Numbered from the stretch's first letter, positions 26,841 to 42,024 are shown. The stretch is 64,000 bases of DNA from the human T2T-CHM13v2.0 reference genome, Homo sapiens (GCF_009914755.1 NC_060928.1), one strand, 5' to 3'. Translations and numbers: made by a program. The notes: generated from the sequence alone by a model not told the origin.

Positions 26841-27615
26841 AATTTTCTCTTTATAATGGGAGAAGTTTTTAAATTTTTTTTCTTTTTCATTCTAAAGGGA
26901 TGTAAGGCATTCACTGATACATCACTGCTTAAGAAGAAATGCTGCACTTGGGGGTTTAATTGAATCACTGTGACATATTCAAGTTGCCATATTTACAACC
27001 AATAACATTCACATTTTTTATTCTGAAAGTAACATAAAAACCTCCCTGGCTGCTCTATATTCAAGCAGAAAATCAGTTATTTGAATATCACAAAAAGTAC
27101 ACTATGACTATTCATATTAATTACAGCTGAATATCCTGTTACTGACTATAAACAATTTAAATTATAATTAAAAATGAATTTATTTAAAACTACAGTTTAT
27201 ATGAAAATGGACTCCTGTAATTAATGGCCTTGGAAAAAATTAAAAACTCATCTTTCTGAGAATAAATTGATATATAAGATTACTTTTTAGGGGAGGTTTA
27301 CCAAAAATCCTTTACTATTTAATTACTGGGACATTAGGGTATTTATTTTACATGGAATTACTATAACTACCCTATTCTAGTACTAAAACTGACATAAAAT
27401 GTTTGATCAGAGCTATGAAACATTATAAATAATTAACAGAACATATTAACTTATTTTTGGTTTTTAACTGCTTACACTGATGTCAACACTATCCAAAGTC
27501 ATCACATAATCAGTGTTCTGTGAAATAAAGTCAAATGCATCATTAAGTGTGTTGATCAGCAATTCTTAGTGTGAACTGAGAGCAGTTTTACAGGAGAAAG
27601 ACCAGCTGCTTTCTC

Positions 27616-27681
27616 AGAGAGAGAGAGACAGAGAGTGAAAGAGAGAGACAAAGAGAGATTGAGAGTGAAAGAGAGAGAGAG
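27616..27681. repeat. (GA)n-rich simple repeat
   Basis: Visible directly. Confidence 0.85.
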
Positions 27682-28616
27682 AACAAAGCAGGTCTACTTA
27701 TTGAACATATGGCAATCCCAGGAGGATCCTAAAAACATAAATTAATATGTAAATACCCTAGTGCTTATAAATATTCTAATAAAATGAGCTTTTGCATAGT
27801 ACATATATAATGTTAATTTTAGATCAAAGATGATTCGTGATAACCCAATGAATTCATTAGTATACTGTCATCCTCAGAGTCTCACCTTGTTATAGGCTTG
27901 CTTCTTGAAGTTAATCACCCAAGATTTACTAGCTTGAAATTCTTCTCCTCATTTACATCAGCCTTTTGAATTCTCACTTGAGAGGTGATATTTTACTCTC
28001 ATTTCTGTGTCAATCTGGAAGTTTTTCTGAAGCAAATTAAATTAAAATTACAAAGCCTTATTGAATAAAATAATTTATGGTGTATTAATTAGTTTCCAAT
28101 TAATATTAAACTGTGTTTATCTTTTGCAAATATTAATTATAATTGAGCACTTTGTTCCCCAGGATTTTAAAAATCAAAATTATCCCTGTACTTTTAAAAT
28201 CAGAACAAGAAAGAGAAATGTTAACAATATATTACTGTATGAAATCAAATTTTACCTATGGGAGAAAAATTGTGTTGATGACCTTTGTGAATCGGCTATA
28301 TCTAACATTAAAATAATTTTTGGAATTTAAATGTAGTGTTCCATCCACTGAAATTATATCATATGTTGATGTTCAAACTTGTTTCAAATGTCAACCTTAA
28401 TTGGTACTTTGTCTGGCAAAGACAATGTTGGGCATTGGCATTCACACAACCATTTTCTTTTTCCCCTCACCATACAGAGAACTACGTTTTCTACACTTCG
28501 TGACTCTCTGGCAGGACCATGTGACAGAGTTCTGAACATTTGAATGTGGATATACATGATATATGACTATTCTAAGCTCTAAAATCTCCATGGAATTATT
28601 TATGACAGATAATAAT

Positions 28617-29835
28617 GGATTTAGATCATAATCTCAAAAAACACAATCCCAAACCCTGTAATTCCAAATGTTGAAATAATGAATTATCAAAATTCATTAA
28701 GTCTAAATCCCTAATGTCTAAAATCCCCAAAAGCATAATCATAGGATAGTTGCATCGTGGAACTATTACCTTGTTATTGTCTTTATTTAGAAATTAAGTA
28801 TGGCTTAAGGAGATGTATATGGATTCCTAATTGACAAGGAGTAGATTTGTGACCTTAATTTTAAGTGTCAGCTTGACTAGATTAAGGAATACCCAGAAAA
28901 ATGGTAATGCATTATTTTGGACGTGTCTGTGAGAATGTTCCAGAGGAGATTAGTGAGTGAGTCCGAGTGGGCAAGGCGAGGAAAACCTGCCCTCAATATT
29001 GGTGGAAACCATTTAATCAGCTGGGGAACCAGAGAGAGCAGGTACAGAAAGGCAACTGGTCCCTCTCTGACAACTAGGGTAGACTTTTCTTTTGCTGCTT
29101 TGAACATCAGAACTCCAAGCTTTTCAGCATTTGTACTCCAAGACTTACACCAGAGGTCCCCAGGTCCTGAGGCTTACAGCCTCAGTCTGAGAGTTACATC
29201 ATCTGCTTCTTTGGTTTTCATGTAAAAACATTGACATTTCCTTAGTAAATGATAATATGTTCTTTTTGTACACCTGGATTGGTGAAATTTCTCGAGCTCT
29301 CAACTCTTTGGGTTACTGCATACGCAGTGGTGACCCATTGTGATTTTTATTCCATCTTCTCAAAAATTTAGGTTGTTCATAACACTATTTTAGATGACGA
29401 GTTGTTGAGTGTACATTACTACCAACCATACTGATTTGTGCTTATACATTTTGGTCTTGACCTATTTCTCTATGAATACGTTTCATCTGCTTATAACTTG
29501 TATATACATGTGATTGTCGTTAGTATAATTAGTGTTTATGCTTGCAAAAATACTTATATCATTATTGCCTATATTATTGTTAAAATTGGCCTATGAAATG
29601 TTGTCATAGTTTTATGTTTCTCAAATAAATTTGCTTTTAAAAATACAAATAAATATTTATAAAATAATTTTGAAACTATTTTTTCAAGAATTATATTTTT
29701 CAGATTTTGATTTTTTTTAGGATTGTGATTTTTGAGTTTATTTAGACTTTGAGGATGTTGATATTCTTATGTTTCAACATTGGAGATTATGGCGTATGGT
29801 GTTTGCAGCTGTGTCTTTCAGGATTATTATTGGCT
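28617..29835 (+). mobile_element. Ricksha non-autonomous MULE/MuDR DNA transposon carrying an MLT2B (ERVL LTR) fragment at ~28855-29220
   Basis: Left end ggatttagatcataatctcaaaaaacacaatcccaaac...aatgttgaaa and inverted right end tttcaacatt...gattatggcgt...gtgtctttcaggattat. Internal taattttaagtgtcagcttgactagattaaggaatacc matches the MLT2 start. Confidence 0.82.
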
Positions 29836-29855
29836 TGTGATGATAGCAGGGAAAC

Positions 29856-30251
29856 TGATACAGTTTGGAAGTGTGTCGCCTCCAAATCTCATGTGAAAGG
29901 CGAAACCAGTGTTGGAGGTTGGCCTTGTGGGAGGTGTTTGGGTCATGGGGCAAATCCCGCATGAATGGCTTGGGACCCTCCTCACAGTAATGAGTTTTGA
30001 CTCTTTCAGTTACTAAAAAATTTGATTGTTAAAAGAGCCTGGTACCTCTTCCTCTCCCTCTTGCCGTGTGATGTGTCTGCTTCCCCTTCACTTTCTGCTA
30101 TGAGTAAATGCTTCCTGAGGCCTCACCAGAAGCTGACCAGTTGCTGGTGTCATGCTTAATAAACTGCACTACCATGAGCCAAATAAACCTCTTTATTTTG
30201 TAAATTACTCAGTACTTGGTATTCCTTTATAGTAATGCAGAACATAATACA
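29856..30251 (+). mobile_element. MSTB-like MaLR solo LTR
   Basis: tgatacagtttgga...ccaaatctcatgt...aaataaacctcttt...ttatagtaatgca...taataca. Confidence 0.85.
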
Positions 30252-31084
30252 GTAACCTTAAAGCCAAGTGATGATAATGACAGATTGAAGGCTGGCAGAG
30301 ATCTTGTGAATAGCTGCTTATGGAAGAGCACTCTTTTTGTATTCCCCACTAACCACCCACAAACTCCAATGTGTGGTGAGCTTAGTAAGTGATAAATGTT
30401 CATCGTACAAAGAACCTTGAAATGTCTGGCTTTAACAGGTAGAATAGCTACCATTAAATACTATAATATGAGGTTTCTAATTAGAACATATGCAGATGGT
30501 AGTTTGCTGAATTATAGTATAATTGATTGGCGATACAAAAATATTAGTAATAATAATAGTAATAAATTTGTGGATAACTTTAACCTTTGCTTGAAATTTA
30601 TTAGAAATTTCTGAAATAGGCAGGATATATTTTTATTTAATCAATAGAAAAATTAAAGTGCAAGACAACATTTTACAATATAGCAAAAATACTATCATAC
30701 TATCAGAACTTAGTGGCATTAATATATTTATATATTTTATATCTAGTGGCATATATATAGTCACTAAGTTCTGATAGTATAATAGTATTTTTAATATGTA
30801 AATAATAAAATATAAATATATTAAATGCTCTATATACATTATTATATAGAGTATTTAATATTGCATTTAATATAGTTTTCTAAACAAATGATAATATATG
30901 TAATTGTCCTTCAGACTATCGAAGTCTTTGTACATATTATCTATTTTTTCTGGTATTCATTTCCTATCAACTTGGTCTGTGAATATTGTAATCATCATTC
31001 ACAGTTAACATCAATTATCATTTACTTTTTTGCTACTTCTAGTCAGAGACCCCTTGTCCTTTCATGGTCTTGTCCATATTTTTT

Positions 31085-31823
31085 AAATTAATTAATTAAT
31101 TAATTATTATTATACTTTAAGTTTTATGGTACATGTGCGCAATGTGCAGGTTAGTTACATATGTATACATGTGCCATGCTGGTGCGCTGCACCCACTAAC
31201 TCGTCATCTAGCATTAGGTATATCTCCCAATGCTATCCCTCCCCCCTCCCCCCACCCCACAACAGTCCCCAGAGTGTGATGTTCCCCTTCCTGTGTCCAT
31301 GTGTTCTCATTGTTCAATTCCCACCTATGAGTGAGAATATGTGGTGTTTGGTTTTTGTTCTTGCGATAGTTTACTGAGAATGATGATTTCCAATTTCATC
31401 CATGTCCCTACAAAGGACATGAACTCATCATTTTTTATGGCTGCATAGTATTCCGTGGTGTATATGTGCCACATTTTCTTAATCCAGTCTATCATTGTTG
31501 GACATTTGGGTTGGTTCCAAGTCTTTGCTATTGTGAATAATGCCGCAATAAACATACGTGTGCATGTGTCTTTATAGCAGCATGACTTACAATCCTTTGG
31601 GTATATACCCAGTAATGGGATGGCTGGGTCAAATGGTATTTCTAGTTCTAGATCCCTGAGGAATCGCCACACTGACTTCCACAATGGTTGAACTAGTTTA
31701 CAGTCCCATCAACAGTGTAAAAGTGTTCCTATTTCTCCACATCCTCTCCAGCACCTGTTGTTTCCTGGCTTTTTAATGATCGCCATTCTAACTGGTGTGA
31801 AATGGTATCTCATTGTGGTTTTG
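31085..31823 (-). mobile_element. L1PA2, 5'-truncated (~740 bp)
   Basis: The 3' UTR reads gctagatgacGAGttagtgggtgcagcgcaccagcatgg on the minus strand (GAG, not the Ta ACA). TSD ggtcttgtccatattttt / ggtcttatccgtattttt. Confidence 0.93.
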
Positions 31824-32769
31824 GTCTTATCCGTATTTTTCTATTTGAAACATTAGATAAAAATGCCACTTTTTCCTAATGATTTTTTTATTTAACTCTT
31901 TCTTTTTAAATTGTTCAAGGGAGAGCTTAAGTATCCAGGTATTCCAACTCAATAATGGGATATTGACTTGTGAAACTTTTATTAAATACTGATAACCTTG
32001 TCATGTATTGATAAAAGAGAAAATGAATAGTTGATCTAAAGGCTAATACTACACATAGGGTGACTCTGCTCATGTTAGAATATAAATTTAAAGTGAGAAA
32101 GGTAGAAACTGACTTGGATACTTATTTACAAATTATTTTAAAGTATTTATTATATTATGTCTTATTTCTCAATCATTGTTACTTAATATTAGTTTTTACA
32201 ACATATCATTGTAAAATTAAATGTACTTCATTACCCCTAAACTTGTGTAATTTTTACATTTTATTTCATCCTTCTTTATCCTAATATGTCCCTGTGACAT
32301 TAAGTGGGCATATAATATAGATCTAATTTTAATGAAGTATGTATTCCTTTTCCTTCCTCTTCCACAATTAATAGAGTTATATTTCCCTAAGAGTCTTACA
32401 ACTTTTACAAGTATGTTGCTTAAAATGTCAGATACAAAATGGATCACTAGGAAATGTAATAGGTGTCAGTTATAAAGCTGTAAGACAAAATTCAAATTTT
32501 CAGTTGCTAATACCAATAATCTTTATTTTAGTGAATCAAATCAATGACAAATATAATTTTCCAAAAGTGAAAATTATGTTTAAAAAAGTTTGAATAGCAT
32601 TTCAAACTATCTGGGTTGAAGGATCAGGAGTTTTGTTTTGTTTTTTTCTTTTTCCTTGCAAAATAGTATTACAATATAAACAAATTATTTAAAAAATTTG
32701 ATAAAATTAACAAATGAAAAATAAAATCCCAACTTTTAAAATACTAACTTGAAGAAATAAACTATACTT

Positions 32770-35240
32770 TAAAAATATAGAGAAATGCAGTGAATGTGCT
32801 GTGTTCACTTGAGAAGAATGTTGCATTCTGCTGTTGTTTGGTAGATTATCCTATAAATATATTAGTCTTATTCAGGCCATCTATATCCTTATGCTTTTCT
32901 GCCTGTATGTTCTTTTTTTTCAATTACTCAGTGAGGAGTGTTGAAATCTAAATGTATATTATATTGTGGATTTATATATTTCTATTTTCAAATGTATTTT
33001 TTAACAAAGTATGGATATTTTTCTTTTAGCACATTGAAAATGTCACTGCACTGTTTTTTGCTGGTGTGAGTTCTGCTAAGAATTCTGCTGTAATACTTAT
33101 CTTTGATTGTATTGGGTATTTTGTCACTAATATTGAAAAATCCTTTGCCATTATTTCTTCAAAATTTCTTTTGCTCCTTTCTCTTTTCCCCCTTTTTCTG
33201 GGATTCTGATTATGAATGTTTGGCATTGTCTCATGTATCTTGTATGATTTTACCTGTTATTTAATTCTTTTTTTCCCTTTGTTTTTGTTTGACTTTCTAC
33301 TGACCTGTCTTCACATTAACTGATTCTTTTATTTGCTGTGTTGAGATTACTGGTGAACCTGTCAGAGGCATTCTTTTTATTTCTACAACTTCTATTTGTT
33401 ATATTTTAATGTTTCCATCTATCTATTAAAATATACATTTTATATTGCTTCTAATGCTTTTCCATTAAAGCCTGTATTAGATTGGTCATATTTATTTTAA
33501 ATTTACTGTCTGTACCAACATCTGTGTCACATTATAGTGTTTTTCTGAGGACTGTTTTTCATCTTCAGACTGTTTCTTTCTTTTTGTTTTTTTGCATGCC
33601 TTATAATTTTTGTATTTGCATGCCTTGTAATTTTTGTATTGAATTCTCAACATGTTATATAGCACAGAATATACTGAGTCACATATTTGTTGTAGTTAGG
33701 GATGAGCACATCTTTCCTTTCTCTGAGTCTTTAGTTTGAGATTTTGCATTAGTCTGGTAAGGAATAGGGCTGAGTTTGAGATTTATCTTTTCTCTAGTTA
33801 CCCTCCATGAAGTTGAAGGCTCAAACCCTTCAGAAATTCCTTTCATGTATTGTATGGGCCCATTTGCAAGACATAGTTTCTCAGTATCTACTCCACACTT
33901 GGCTTTAGGCCCCATGCTTTACTTTACATCTTCCCTTTGTACTGCTTCCCAGAAAGAATCTATTTCCTGCAGCTCTCCATATTATACTCCATTATTATTT
34001 TTATTTTACACCTTTTATTGTGGTCATGGAGAGCTGGGGAAGACAAATGTTTTCTGATGTTTTAACTAAGCCTCTTTCTTACATAGGCACTGCAAATTTA
34101 GGCCCATTCACATCACTCACATTTAATGTGATTATTTTTATAATTGAATTAAAATATACCATATTGCTGTTTTCTATTTGTTTGTTTGGTTATTTTTTCC
34201 TATTGTTTTTCAGCTTCTTTTCTTATTTGTTAATTGTTTTTTATTTCTTCTCACTTTTTATTGTTATTTAATTCTTTAGTGGTTATCCTATTTTTACAAG
34301 ACAGATTTTTAATTAAAAATATTATATCCTCAAGTAATATTTTACTACTTCATGTATAGTGGAAGGACTTTCAGTTGTAGATTATATTTTCTATTTCTCT
34401 CTCCCAATTTTTGTATTATTTTTGTTATGACATTACTTTTTATCTACTTTATACAATATATTACTATTATTTTAGCTTTACATGGTTAACTATAAGTAAT
34501 TAAAAGTGAAAAAAATTATCTTTCCAACATTCTTCTTTGATTTAATGGATTTATATTTCTGTCTAATCTGATATTTCTCTACTGGAAGAAATTTATTGAA
34601 TAATTTTTACAGCGTGGTGTTTTTTGTCTGAGAAAGACTTTGTCTCTCTTTCAATTTTGAGACATACTTTGTAGATCAAAGTCCATTGTGTTTTGGGATT
34701 GCATGATTTTTTATTGTTAGTTTTATTTCTATGTATTTAATATAGATATCTTCAAGATTTCCCATTTATCTTTTGTCTTCGGGTGCTTAAATATTATGGG
34801 CCTTATTTTTCTTTTGTTGCTGTTACTTAATTTGGTTTGGTTTGACATTTCTTCTGCTTGGTGTTCTCTGAGCTTCTTGAATTTATGGATCTCTATTTAT
34901 CAATAATTGCAGAAATTTCTCAATCATCAGTCTTAAATATTTCTCTTGTTCTATATTACCTCTCTTTTCCTCTGGCATTCCATGGGTCCTGTTTCATAAG
35001 ATCATTTGATATTTTTTCTCAGCGATCTGATGTTATTTCTGTAATTTCCATTGACTTATATTCAAAGTCACTGGTTACATCTTCAGTTGTGTCAAGTTTA
35101 TGCATTAGTCCATTGCTGATATTATTTATATCTATTATGTGTTTTTTATTTCTAGAATTTTATTTTGATTTTTTAGATTGTTTCCTTTTCTCTGCTGGAA
35201 TTATCCATCTCATTTTGCATATTGTCCAACTTTCATAGTA
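32770..35240 (-). mobile_element. Ancient L1M fragments including ORF1 remnants
   Basis: ORF 33026-33226 contains RNFEEIMAKDFSIL (cf. L1 ORF1 IFEEIMAENFPNL); a second ORF1-like tract at ~34850-35240; T-rich antisense composition. Confidence 0.7.
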
Positions 35241-36308
35241 GAGAATCTACTTTTCCGTGGCCCTGAACCATGTAACACTGCAATGGTGTCAGTTTATTTA
35301 ATCAACTACAATCCAAACAAGTCTATAAAATGCTATCAGATTATACTTGACTATAGTCATTACCCACAGATTAAAATATTTATAGATAGTTCCCCATGAA
35401 TATAGGATAAAGTCCCAGATAATTTATCCAGATGTAAATCGTTCTATATATTTCCATTTTCTATGTATCAAATACTATCGTGCTCTCCTGCATAAACTTT
35501 GTATTTTATTAAATTGATCTAATAAATATTCTCCGCTCTCTGCATATTTTCTGTCTACAGGCCTTCATCTACAGGTCTTCTGTCTACAGGCTTTCATTCT
35601 AAATTATTAGAATAGTTTTATGTTCTTCTTTAATATTCAATGTCCATCTTATGTCTGACCTCTCTATGAACTCAGCCCATCTCAACAGTCCATCACTAAA
35701 GTTTAACCTTCAGAAGAATTTATTTTCTCTCAAAGGTATACCATTGGGCCATGTATATCTTGCCTCCTTATGACTTATAGTTTTGGTATATTCAGTGATG
35801 AAAATAATATTCATTTGATGATAGTGCTTACAATGGTGTTGATAAAGATGATGAAGATGATTGTGATGACAACAGAAACCTTTAAATTGTTCTTTGCAGA
35901 TATGTTTGTTCACATATACATGTCATATCAGAGTCCAATGAGACAAGTTGCTTATTATGATTTATTTTCTCCAGACAGCTGATGAATTTTATGTCACACA
36001 AGAGGTTAAAATCCTAATTTTATCTAAAATTATAAATCAATTTGATTGTTAAACTGAAGAGACAAAATAAGAGAAAAAAAAGAATGTCTAACACTATAGC
36101 ATTGGTAGTATAAAAATCTCTGTATCCCAACATTTAATTTTAATCTTCTTTGATATCTAATTACATCTACAAAATGTTGTGACCTATGCCATTATATTTA
36201 TTCCAAATGCCAGTGAAGGTTTCTAGTCAACTAAACTGTATATTTTTGCATATAGAGATCTGTATATTCATGATCACTTAAAGTTTTAAATCTATAAGTG
36301 CTGAATTA

Positions 36309-36635
<327 letters not shown>

Positions 36636-37243
36636 AGATTCAGAAATAGTTAAGGAAATATTTTGTATGCTTCTATGATTGTAGAAGCTTTTCCTAAAAA
36701 TAAATCAAGAGGGAACATGCAGAAATAATTATAATACCACAATAATAGAATTGGAAATAGTGGAAACTTGCATTTCCATTGCACTACACATTATTTAAAG
36801 CAATTATATAAACATTACACAGTGTAATTCATTATGTATTAATACACTAGATTTTATCCTCTCAGCAACGTTTGGAGCAAAAATGATATTGTACATTCTT
36901 GGTCCCCTGGTATATGTTAATTGCTCTAAGCAAGGGGTTGAATCATGGTCTCTTAAAATAAATTCGGTATTATATTAGAAATTGTTCTAATTTCAAAAAT
37001 GTCTCATTTTAATAGAAATTCCTGTTTGATATAAAATCAACATTGAACTTTAGAACTAATTTGAGATTATCAAAATGTATTTTGCTCTTTTGATACAAAG
37101 TTAAAAATGGCTTGAAAGACAACAGTGAGGTGAAATTATCCTAATGGGTAGAGACTTTAGCATATGGTTAACTGCATAATGATGGGATTGGAAAAAATAA
37201 TATTTGAAAATTAGACACCAAGAAGTGGGAAGAAGCAGACTGC

Positions 37244-37603
37244 TGTATTAGTTTGTTTTCACGCTGCTGATAAAGACATACCCAAGAGTGGGTAATTTAT
37301 GAAGAAAAGGAAGTTTAATGGATTCACAGTTCCACATGGCTGGGGAGGCCTCACAATCTTGGTGAAAGGCAAAAGGCACTTCTTACATGTGGCAGACAAG
37401 ATAGAATGAAAACTGAGTGAAAGGGGTTTCCCCTTATAAAACAATCAGATCTCGTGAAACTTATTCACTACCACGAGAACAGTCTGGGGGAAGCACCCCC
37501 ATGATTCAAATATCTCCCACCGGGTCTCTCCCACAACACATGAGAATTATGGGAGCTACAATTCAAGATGAGATTTGGGTGGGGACACAGCTAAACCATA
37601 TCA
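37244..37603 (-). mobile_element. THE1B-like MaLR solo LTR
   Basis: tgtattagtttgttttcacgctgctgataaagacatacc...ggggacacagctaaaccatatca; 360 bp. Confidence 0.92.
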
Positions 37604-37619
37604 GATGTATATTTAAGAA

Positions 37620-37805
37620 TGTGCACAGAGTTTGAAGATCTTTGACTCTCTCATGAATACCAAGCCAAGGAGTCTCAAAGCAACCTTGTGACAGGATGTC
37701 TTTTTCAGTGGAAATAAAAAAACCTCTCATCTCAAAGTGGGTTCATAAACTTATAAGCCATGAAAGAAGGGACGGAAGCTATACAAGGTCCCAATAGCAT
37801 AGGTG
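37620..37805 (+). mobile_element. MaLR/ERVL internal fragment
   Basis: aagtgggttcataaacttataagccatgaaagaagggacggaagctataca translates close to the ERVL-type motif WAHEQSGHGGRDGGYAW. Confidence 0.5.
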
Positions 37806-38059
37806 AAAACAATTTAAGAAGGATAGTAGAGAGAGTGGTCATTAATTTTAATTATGACATTTAGACTAACTATAGCAGTGAGTACTGTATCTTGTGCTAT
37901 TAACTGTCCTTTGTGCTTTGGGAAGTCTTTTTCATGCTTTTTTTTCTTTTTAATAATTATAACTAATCGCCAACTTTGAGAATTATTGAGAGTTCATAAT
38001 GGACCAAATATGTTGTGCAAATGGATCTGAATTGTATAAATCATAATCATAGGAAACAC

Positions 38060-38490
38060 TGTGTGTGTCCCACTTACATCCCTTTGACCTAATCTGAAGG
38101 TCACCTGCAGAGTTACCATAAAGCTCTCTGTGTCTCTGCCTGAGAGCAATTTCTAGCTACTATTGTCAATTTGAACCATGCATAGCAGGTCAACATTTTT
38201 AGAAAGTTGATATTCCTTGAGAATCTTTCAAATAATGAAGTAGCTGCTAAACAACTATCCCACTCTGTTCCCTCAGAGGGACAGCTCTAAGTTACATTCT
38301 ATATAGTCTCAGAAAAATCAAGTCCCAGTTACCCTCAAGTGGAAAATGTTCACTAATGTTCCCTTTATTGATTTCCATCCCTTCCCTCTATCACTTTCCC
38401 TTGACCTTACCATGCTACCCAAGATCCTCTTTCTAACAAATTACTTATACTCAAATTAATAAATCAAGGTCTTCTTCTAGGGAAATAAAA
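38060..38490 (+). mobile_element. LTR16-like ERVL solo LTR
   Basis: cccacttacatccctt...ctgcctgag...aacaaattacttatactcaaat...tcaaggtcttcttctagggaa. Confidence 0.6.
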
Positions 38491-41400
38491 AATAAAATAT
38501 TTATTTTGGTCACTTAGCAGGAGTGATGCCTGCCTGAGAACTTTATTAAGTTTATTAAAATTGCTTAGTAGTCAACCTTCTTGCTAAAGTAATAAAAATG
38601 TGTTGAGTGTGATCTGTGAACCAAGAAAGGATTGATAGAGATAATCTGGACTGGGAAATCCATTACAGACATTTTTTTGGTTACACTGAACAGAACAAAC
38701 TAGATCCAAGTCATTTTTCTGGTTACACTGAACAGAGCAAACTAGATCCACAACAGTTCTCCCTAAAGATTATCACCTGGAAAATGGTGAAACTCTCAAT
38801 GTATTGCAGTATTAATATTTTTATTCTATTCAGTAAAAAATGATGCTGGAAAAAGTTTAGCAACTTTCCCTTGTTTGTCTACTGAGCGCTGACTTTCAAC
38901 CTCAGTCTTATCTAATGTCAAATTTCCTGGAGTTCTAGAAAGAGTCTTTTTTTTTTATTTATATCATTGTAAACATTTCATGAAAATAATTTTTAGTTAC
39001 AATGTCATTTTCAGCACAAGAAGCCAAAGAGTAGTTTACCTTGGTTAGGCATATATGTTTTCTCTTCCATTCATGAAAATTCTTATTATACTCACAGAGG
39101 AAATGGAGTTTCTAATGATAAATAAATAGCTATGTTAACACTAATTAATTGATTGGGAGCTTAGGAAATGCTAACATTTAATAAGGCTTTATTGACAAAG
39201 TGAATTTTGAATTTCATTTTATAGATCCTTTAGTAATAATAAGAAAAGAGGTAAATACTAGGCAAAACTATAGCAACTTTAAGAAATATCATTAATTCCT
39301 ATTTTATCCTTGTGCTTTATTCTTTAAATTTCCCCGATATTATTACATATGTGGTTATATTTTTCTTATGTTTTATTGATTACCTGTAAAATGCCACAGT
39401 TATTTTGGAAAGTAAAAAAAATACATAAATAAATAAATACTTTTTGCTCTCTAAATATATAACATTTCTTATTTACTCTTCCTGGAAGAAGTATACCATA
39501 GGGGTAAGATTTAAAATTTAAATGTGTCATTTATGTCAGAATACCATTACTATTCATGTACTTTTTCCACATGATAATCCTAAAGGAATTAATTTGTTAA
39601 AATAAGATATAACAGTTCACATTTTAAAATTCATAACTTTATTGAAAACATCATGCCATTTAAAAAGCTGAGCTTGCTATGAAATTAGTCACCGTATTTA
39701 GTATTCTGCTGCAGATAAAATATTTTTATTTAAGCTCCTGTGAGATTCACTCAAAGATTTGAGAAGTGAATTTAGTTCCTACTGATAGAAAACAAAGTGA
39801 AATCTACTAACCATGATTCACAAAGGCTAGAAAAGAGTTTTTAGAAGGCATTATAAAAAGTTTTCTGTTTTCAAGTTATCTCACTTTTATCCTTCTCTAA
39901 GTCTCATACACCTGTTTGACTTTTCCTAAAAAGTTTTCAGTCTTACAACTTTAAAATTAGTTAAGGATAAATAAAGGGGAAAAAAACGACTTGATACACT
40001 TAAATTAAGGAAAATGTCAATGGGATATAGGAGGAGATATTAAAAAAAAGACAAGGAAATAAATTTTTAAAACAATTTTCAAATATATAATCAGAACTGA
40101 TATTTTAGAACCTAATTCTCTGAAAATTTTAGTTTTATATCATTTTTGGTAGAATTTATATTTAAGTAATATACAGGTTTATCACTGCTGTGTTAGAACA
40201 ATGCATATTCCAACTTTTGTTCACTAACTTTTTAAATGTTTCCATCAACAGTATTTGTAAGTGTCTTTAGGATAATTGCTTATTTGCTAGCTTCTGACAT
40301 CACTAAATTAGAAAAAAATTTGTCCACTTATAATCTATGTTTCTGGTAATTGCCAAGTTTTAAGCCATATGTGTTTAATAGGAAAAATCAGAGTTTAAAT
40401 ATACTATAATTTTATTTCTAAAGAGGGTCTTAATATAAAGAGGGTGTTGAGAATGGTGAGTTAGAATGAAATAAATGATAAATATAAAGAGGGTCATGAG
40501 AATGGTCAGTTAGAAGGAAAAGAAGCATGTGAGGTAATAATGTTATTTCATGACATAAGGAATGGTATTTGGCTAAGAATGAAACTCTTCTAATTAAGTA
40601 ATGGAAGTTGACAGGCCCAGTTGGCTGTATATAATAGAAAAATGGCAAGAAAAAATACTGTAAGGCGAGCCACAGTAGCTAAAGATAAAAGATCATTAAA
40701 TATGCAGCATTAACATAGAATTTTTAAACTGTCAGTTAAAGAGGTTATAAAAATGACCAAGACATAGATCCAAGACAAAGAACTGTGTAAGAAATACTAT
40801 ATAAATTATTCAATTATCAGGAAATACAAAAAGATCCAATATCCTCTCCTGGTCCATTTAACATAACCAACACCTCCTAGTCTAACTGTAGGACCCCTCT
40901 TCCTACAAGATGACGCATTGTATGTTACATGCAGGGGTGGCAAAATACATATTCTGTCCAAATACACCTACTCTAAAATTGTAACTATGGATGGGAATTT
41001 TCTGGACACAGCAAGAACCTGGGATATTAGGATAAAACATTATAAAACCTTGTCTCAATTTCTCAGCTCAGTGGTGACTTATGAATACTATCCACACTGG
41101 TAATATTTTATTTCATTTTCACCTTCTCATCTCTATTTTTTTCCCTTACAATAAACGTTTTCCTTCTTATTGGTATAAACGCCATCTATCAATAAAGTAA
41201 AAGATACTTGGTATTTATTACATGCCTCATGTTTATAAAACAAATGTGTCATTTATAAGCAGGATGTGTATGCACCTGTAACAGTGATTTTTAGAATGCA
41301 TTAGTAACACTGTTCTCACTACATCTTCCCTATGTGTCCTCCCCAATACTTTAAATTCAGAAGGAAGAGAATACCTTGATGAAAAATATATTAAAATGCA

Positions 41401-42024
41401 ATGTTCAACGGGATAAACAACTTAATTGTGCTTCTGTCCCCATTCCTTGACTTGATCAAAGTTTGTTCCATCAGGATTACTTAATATTTGTTAAATAATT
41501 AAGCTACTTTATAATTTAACATCCCATCTATTTTTTACACATTTATTCATTTGCCCAGTTTTCCTCCCACTTCAAATGTGACTTTCAAAGGTTTCTGCTC
41601 CTTTTCTATGCAATTTCTTAATTTTGGAAAACTTCAGGGTTCAGCTTTAAATCCTCTTCTCTTTTTACTGCAGTTCTCACGCCACTCAAGAGATTTATCT
41701 AAACATATGGTCTAAAAACACTCTTATTTGCCAAATATTTCTAAGTGTTTATTTCTAGCTCTGGTTGGTAAACTGAAATTTTTGTTGTTATAACCAAAAT
41801 TCTACTAGAAATATCAACCTGATTTCTTAGAAATCTAACAAACTAAATGTAGATAAAAGAGAATTTGTGACTTCTCAGTGTCTTCCCAAACATTTCTTAC
41901 CTGGATTTTCCCATCCTAGCAAAGGGCACCGCCATTCACCCAACTACTAAAGCCAAAAACTTATGTCATCATTGATTTTTCACTTTCATTAACATTTAAT
42001 ATACAGTACACTTGTAAGCCCAAT

